Shown piece by piece: positions 51,001 through 58,200 of a DNA stretch of 64,000 nt; within the stretch, counting starts at the first letter, position 1; each line of letters starts with the position of its first letter. Under the pieces are notes generated by a model. The model did no database searches, had not been told where the DNA came from, and was given only the letters and a program-made list of their open reading frames with translations. A program made the translations under genes and the position numbers. This DNA comes from Iphione sp. A-MEVVRFRX5 (taxonomy: Eukaryota): positions 48,856,001 to 48,920,000 of the forward strand of contig OZ320315.1 in NCBI GenBank assembly GCA_976226885.1, in the 5' to 3' direction.

Positions 51001-54000
51001 AATTAACAAGTATATATGAATAAATTTAGACTGTAGTTTACAAACCATACATTCAATGTCAGGGGACATAACACATTGACTTTGTTCAACAGTAACTGAA
51101 AATTTTCCATTCTTTTTAGCATACATTACAATACCACCTCCTTTCGTCTTATTATCACTTATTCTATCCAGTCGATAAGGTTTATATCCTTGTAGATGAA
51201 TCATATTGTCACTTATTTCTTTCTTTAACCATGACTCTGTAAAGCATAATACATCTATGTTCTGATAATATAAATCCATTTGTAATGATAATAGTTTTGG
51301 TAATATGCTTCTAATGTTTAGATGAGCAAAATTAACACCACGTTTGTTAATATTATAAATATCAGTTATTTGTGACATTTTTGTTCATACATGTATATTG
51401 TTATAAATACATAAATAAATAAATAAAATACATAATAAAAATTATTGGCACGAAAAATTATAATATATGCAATATTGTTATCTATAGCATAATAGGCACT
51501 CTTATGAGCGAAGATGAAAAACAAAAGAGATGAGTAGCGCTTCCTGGTTCTGATATTGTATTAACAAGTCAGTTCATAATAGTTACGATTACAGCGCCAC
51601 CTTGAGTTTTACGTCACAATTAACTGTTACGTCATCTATAGTTACGTTATACATTGTTACGTCACATCTTATAGATTGCCAAGCAACTTGATAATAAATA
51701 CAACGCCAAATTTAAATAACATAAGTGAAATCTAACATATGGACTTCAAAGTGTAGAACTCCATTATAAATCTTGGAATAAATGACAAGTTAAAATATGA
51801 AAGATAATAGCGATAAGTCCAAGACCGTCATTAGATCCCCGAGCAGCGTACTACCATCTTTTTTTATATTGTTAGATACATTGTTAAGTCTTGCTATTGG
51901 TAAGCATAAGTTAGTTACATTGTTAGGCATATTACTGATTGAATTGTACTCGAGAAAACAGTTCAGCAGGGGCATTTTCAACGACTTTACAGTATACCTG
52001 CCCATTGCTAGTCCACGCCGAGTGTAATCTGCCGGCTTTCACATCCGACCTAGCCAAGAAGTAGAGGTTCTTATTGTCGTTGTTCAAGTCTTCGTTGATG
52101 AACACTCCCCTACGCAGCTTGGCCAGGGATGTCCTTTTGCTGTATATTAACTGCTTCTGGTACTCCCTAAGCAGTGTCACAAAGAGTGGTCTTGGTCTTG
52201 TTTCACCTGGAGTCATCTTTCCTACACGATATAGCATGTCAATATCACTAGCTTGCACCTCAGGGCTGATCTTCATATCTCTGAAGAGCTTTAACACTTC
52301 GTTGCCGTCCTCTGCCCCCCTTTCTGGTAGTCCAAAGATTCTCAGACCGCGATTCCTGATCTGTTGTTCAACTGTTGACACTCTACTTCTGGCTTCCTTT
52401 ACTTCTATCTGGACTTTTTGCGTTGATTTCCTCACATCGTCCAAATTTCCTAATGTATTTTCGACAGCTGTTGATACTGCCTCGTTTACTGCCTCATTCA
52501 CCGTACTTGAGATGGATGTCTTGAAACCTTCACTTGTAATGAATTTCTCCATCACACGGTCCACTTGCCATTCCCAATTCTTGTTAGCTTCTTCACAATT
52601 CACTGGACTATTGCACTCCGGTGTCATCATCGTAGCTGTTGATGACGATGCCGTAGTGGCTTCGCTCGTACTGGTAGCTTCTTTGCTGTCTTCATCGTTG
52701 TTGCCACTTTTTCTTGGTTCATCTCGCTCTGTTTCTTCTTTGGCTAGAGCTTCCTTTTGTTTGGCTTGTTTTTCTTCTGCCTTTTCAACTTCAGCAGTTG
52801 TAAAGCCATGAAATGATTCTTCAGAGCTGCTCGCCATTTCAACTTTTCAGTTGAGAGTAATTCGTATTGAAACGAGGCTGAGTCTTTTGAAAAATTCCAG
52901 CCGCTTCAGAAGTTTAACCTTCCAGTACTATCTTCCAAGCTTTTGTATGGCAGCAAAATCACGTTCGAATCAGTCTATGTATGTTAATCTCCTGTTGTTA
53001 TAAGCTTTTTCGGCAATTTGTCATATAATGCCTTTGTTTAGTAATATTAACACAGGAGCGTAACTCTGCTCAGTCTCTCACCTATCCGCGCATGCGCAGA
53101 ACTTTAAAAATCCCGAATGCAAACTATTTATAGTGCATTTTACGGATGAAACTTCATGCCTAAAAATTGCCAGTTTCTGCTTACCTAAGTGCCTCCTTTA
53201 GCAAAGTGGCCGTAATTTATAGCAACAAAACGCTTAATTTGTACAGGTAGAAGATGCGTCAAAAGGTCGGGCGGGGTCCCTCCGAAGAGGGCGTGTCCCA
53301 TTAGTGTGAGGCACGAAGACATGCTGCCTACAAAAGAACTTGTCTAATCTATTTCGGGTGCGTATGGATTCCACGAAAGCCTAAGCATATACCGTGCCTT
53401 GGGTGGAAATCCTCCGTCGGCTACACCTGTATACATAACATACTGCTATTAACGGTCCATTGTTCATGTTGTCGACGAAATGCTTGGTGTACGGTGGAGA
53501 GTCCTATTTGTGATGAACAATGTACGGGATCTCCAGATTATATGCATGTATTTATAGGTGGTTCCATGAGTTGGGCTGGAGAAAGAAAACAGTTTGACAG
53601 AAAGAAGGGAAATGGGTTAACGGAGACATTAACTGAAAAATTTACATGCTTAAAAGCAGAGAAATAATTTTTTAAACTTTTATTTAACCTGGGATGGAAA
53701 ATACATTAAAATGTAAAAAGGACCAGGGTCATGTCATCTTAACAGCTAATGGTATGTAGAAATAAGATGTTAATGCACACTTGAAGGCATCTTTCTTATA
53801 CCTCGATCATAACCACTATGTGGTTAACACATGTATTGTACACATTAAACAAAACATGTGCATAGTTGTAATAATGAAATGAGATGTAATGGTTAAAGCC
53901 AAATAGTCGCCTATCAGCGTAATAACGCAGTATGTTCAATATAGGTGCTTTAGGGGGGATATGCCGTAGGGACAGGTAGACCTAACAATAATTTGTTCTA

Positions 54001-55258
54001 CTTACATTCACCCACAAGTATATGAGGGAGACGGTTAGGTCAGACAGCGCAAGGAAGGTAAGGAACGAGAAATGTGAATGAGGGAATGAGATACCGAGCG
54101 AGAGACACAGAAATACAGAGTGACGTGTAAAATACGACAAAGAAAGACGGATTCAAACAAGACTGGAGCAGTCTAAGTTCCCTAACATAAAGGCAACTGA
54201 ACGAGCTTACAAAATATTTCTGCAGCGTGGAATCATGCTGTTTTATATTATGTAAGAATTTGGCTTCTTTATCAACTGAAATCCGTCTTAATTTTACCAA
54301 AATCAGAGACGACTTAATGAGAAACTGGGCGTATACAGGTTTCATAATCATATACATCGTAGCAGAATTCCTGAAAGATGGCCAGGGGGTTCAAAAAGTA
54401 GTATGTTCATGTTTACGCCAACAGGTGAGGAAACAATTAGCAAAAACAGGTGAGAGAAAGACAGGCGAGTGGGTACAATCTATAGGCACATGTAGTGTGC
54501 CAGGTCTAGGTAGGAAACGGCAGTAGATTACAACCACCAGGCTGTCAGAACCGCAATGGTACGTGGATAATGAATAAACAAAACCGCCCGACTTATTGGA
54601 ATGGTAAAAACGTGATTTGCGACCCCCCTTGACACGTTATTTTCCACGGATGTCACACAATGTCGGGCGGTGCTTCATCTCCAGGCAGTTCCCCTACCTA
54701 ACGGCCAACTAACCCCTCCTCCTCTGCCACCCACCCCCCAAGCCCCCAGTCACCTCCATGTGTAGTCGTCGATTCAGAGCCATTGTGAGAAGTGCAGCGG
54801 CCGAAGCAACCACTGCTGGGCAATTCTCTTGCGGTCTCTCGCCGGACACAGCACAGACGCCATCAATCAAGTGTAAATTCCCCCGTTGTTTCCTGTCTCC
54901 GCAACAACCACACACCCACGATTAGCGGCCGATACCTTGACAGAAATTATCTTTGACTTTGGGCTATACGTTTATTTCATTAGTTAGCTTACTGCCTTGC
55001 CTCGAACTCTGATAATGATTTACGCCTTAGTTCATATTAGTACAAAATGTCAGTGGAAAGCGATATATAGTAGAAACCCTCTACAGCGGACATTGGTAGG
55101 ACTGGTGTCAAAGCGTCCGTTGTAGGGGGTGTCCCCTATACCCTTTCTCCCTCTCTCTCTACTATGGAGTATAGACATTACACATTAGATAATATGATAA
55201 CAGGGGGTCAAACTTGGAAATGAATCTTTCTCTGTCTGTCTCTCTGTCTGTCTCTCTG

Positions 55259-55290
<32 letters not shown>

Positions 55291-58200
55291 CTATGACTTT
55301 AGGCACTGGATTCACACCTTCTCCAAGTGTCAGGAGTGAGGCTGCACCCCTCTTGGGCGTCGAGACTCTTCAATGGAGCGAGAATCTCACCTTCTCTAGG
55401 TCTCAAGAGTGCGGATGTCCATTGTGGATCAAGTATAATTAGTATCTGGGGCTCTAAAGTTGGTGCCCGCAGGTGGGTGTCCGCTGTTGGTTAATTCCAT
55501 TTATTAAAAATGCACTTACTGTATCCTGTGAGTGCAACCCCCGCATCCTCTATATCAACATCGTAGTTATTTCGAAGTGAGAGGTAGTCATCCTCCATTG
55601 GTTTCCAATTGTCCATAGCATCGTCACCATCGTCGTCTGGTGTAGGCACTTTGCCTGAAGAATAGGCAATATAATATTTTCCAGCAGCACACCCACGCTC
55701 GTACGCGATTTTACTATCGTGGTATTCAAAATACACTGGTTTACACACACTGAGTATGTAAACCAAGTACACATGTACTAACAAAGAATGTGTCAAGTAA
55801 CAGAATACATATATACCTTCCCGGGGTTTTAACAGACTAAAGGATATAGCATCAAATATATATTCCACTTAGAATTCTAATATTTATATATCTTAACATC
55901 TCAAAACCTTAATATCGGACATTATAGGGCCCCAGATGATTATAGGCAGGTGCATTAATACCGGCAGGGTTGCTCTCCTATAATAAAGTCCTTGGCCAAT
56001 GAATGGGTTAAGCTGAGACATCTGGGCTCTCAGGTATACTACATATATATACATGTACTTCCATTATCTAGTGATATATTTCTAGAGGCAGACTAACCCT
56101 AGTATCCATGTAAATACATTTCAGTCCATAACTACACTCGCACACAATGGATCTGTAAATACAAACACTGGGACAGCTTTAAATTTGCTACATTAACAGA
56201 TACAATTGAAACACACAGAGGTGACCGAGCCAGGGACTGGACAATTCTGGTTTCTCCCACAGTTTGGCCTCATTAGGAGTTACCTATATTCCTATTAGAC
56301 TAACTGGGACTGAAAAAAAATCTGTCCTTCTCCTGGTTTGGTTTCCGCTTTGATCTGGTATTTAACTGGGTTTCAACTGTATACAGCGAAAAATACAGGC
56401 ACAACGAGCTTTAAACGGAAAAGTGACGGCAATGTGCATTCCTTTCCCAAAACAAAGAACATATATGAAGGGCAGATTCCATCTTGGAATACAGCGAACT
56501 AACCCTTTAGTTCAGAGGAAGCACATGTAGTGTAGATTGATGATAGAACTGTTTTCGGTGTGACTGAGGTATAGAGGCTCCGTGTTCATGGAATCCACCA
56601 AGATTTAAGGATGTTGCACTATGTACAAACATTTTGAAACCAGTGCTATTTAGCATGTCGAGGCATATATTCCTATACAGTTGTTAACGTTAGAACTTGT
56701 TAGATTCTACAAAGTCCACAGGAAATGAGTAAGCTACTTACGCGGTGGCCTGAAGAGGGAGCCCTCCAATGTGGCGTGACCAAGCCGCACCAGCTCTTCG
56801 TTGATATGCACATCTTCGGGGCCGCTACAATCCACCAGGAGCAGAGGAAGTTTGCTATCTAGTCCGCACCTGCAGCAGCAAGCGATGAAGAAAATTGGAA
56901 CGGAAAGAAACTCCGGGTTCGTTATATGGAATACTCTTTCATGTGGGCTTAACGTTATTAATTTTTGTCCTACTTAAACTCTTCTCCAGAGTTACCAGCT
57001 TCATTATTTCTTTAATTTTCATAATGTTGTAAAAATTCAGACTCCGTACCTATTCCTTCCTCAAACACTAGCTATTATCATATTATACACTAGCAAGCCT
57101 TTCACTTCCAGATAGATGTATTTCTCTATGCAGAGGTCATCCTGTAGTCACTCAGCGTGTGCACGGTGGTTTGTCGTGAACATTTATAAAAGATACACGT
57201 GTACAACAGTTATTCACAGAAGATATCTTATAATTTTTAAAGACAGTACACTGTACTATATCAAGCTTCAATGGTGTTCAAACCTATTCAAAATGTTGAG
57301 CTTTTCTCTTCAGAGAACACTGCAATATGTAAATTAGTCCACATATAATATTCTCTATTTTCTCCGCCCCAACCTGTTATTTTCCACTTCACGAGAGCAG
57401 CCTTTGAACTAGACAACGAACAAAATTCTTACAACTAGAACAAACGTGCTGGAAGACAGAAGCAGACATGGGTCTGTGAGCTAACCTGACCGTTTTGGCG
57501 CTGTTCTGTAGGTCGACATAGCCATGCAGCGTCTTCTCAAAGCCTGCCTTCTCTCTTAGGCAGGTGGTAGCCGACTTGAGCCATGCTTCCTCAAACCGTG
57601 GTGGTCCAGTCTCCTCCTCTTCTCCATCCATGGGCGGCACTTTTCTTGGTAAGATACCAGCCAGGCGGCAGCAGACCGCCTGGGCCGGGAACTCCGTCAA
57701 GATGGGCTGGATGGGGTAGGTGGCCTCCAGGGAGATCCACTCACGGTTGCCATAGTCCACGTACAAAACCTCCACCATGTCCTTCTGTCTTTCATGACTC
57801 CCCACTCCACCTGCCGGTGACTTCTGCAGGATCTCGGCCCGGTAGAAATGGTCATCCTCGCTGAATCGTGCCACGCAGACGTCGTGAACGTCCAAGCACT
57901 CGCTGGGGAAGAAGCGCTTCAGGTTGGCCAGATTGGAGTGGGTGTAATACTCGGTGAGCTGTTTCCTGAGCTGCTCCAACTGCTGGATGGCCTGCTCGTC
58001 GACCAGGTGCACAAAGAGACAGCCCGGTGAGTCGATGTGCGATATCAAGAGGCGGATGAAATCCTCTGGAATGTCAACTTGGGCAGGGGGGATTCGTCGA
58101 CGCGTTAAGTCGCTGAGTGACTGGCTCGGGGACAGTGTGACTAGCTCCTGAACTGGTAATGATTTTTCTTTCATTTCCTGCCGAGTCGTTCGTGAATTAT

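Larger units (their letters stand above)
48114..53085 (-). mobile_element. Full-length CR1/L2-group (Crack/Daphne-like) non-LTR retrotransposon
   Basis: ORF1 + ORF2, ~350-bp 3' UTR ending gaaaaccagc...aataaa + poly(A) at ~48114-48132; 5' end approximate; no TSD seen. Confidence 0.92.

Noticed and set aside
52074-52811. 245-aa plus-strand ORF
   Set aside because: Antisense in-register shadow of LINE ORF1; Ser/Phe/Leu-rich with no domain features.
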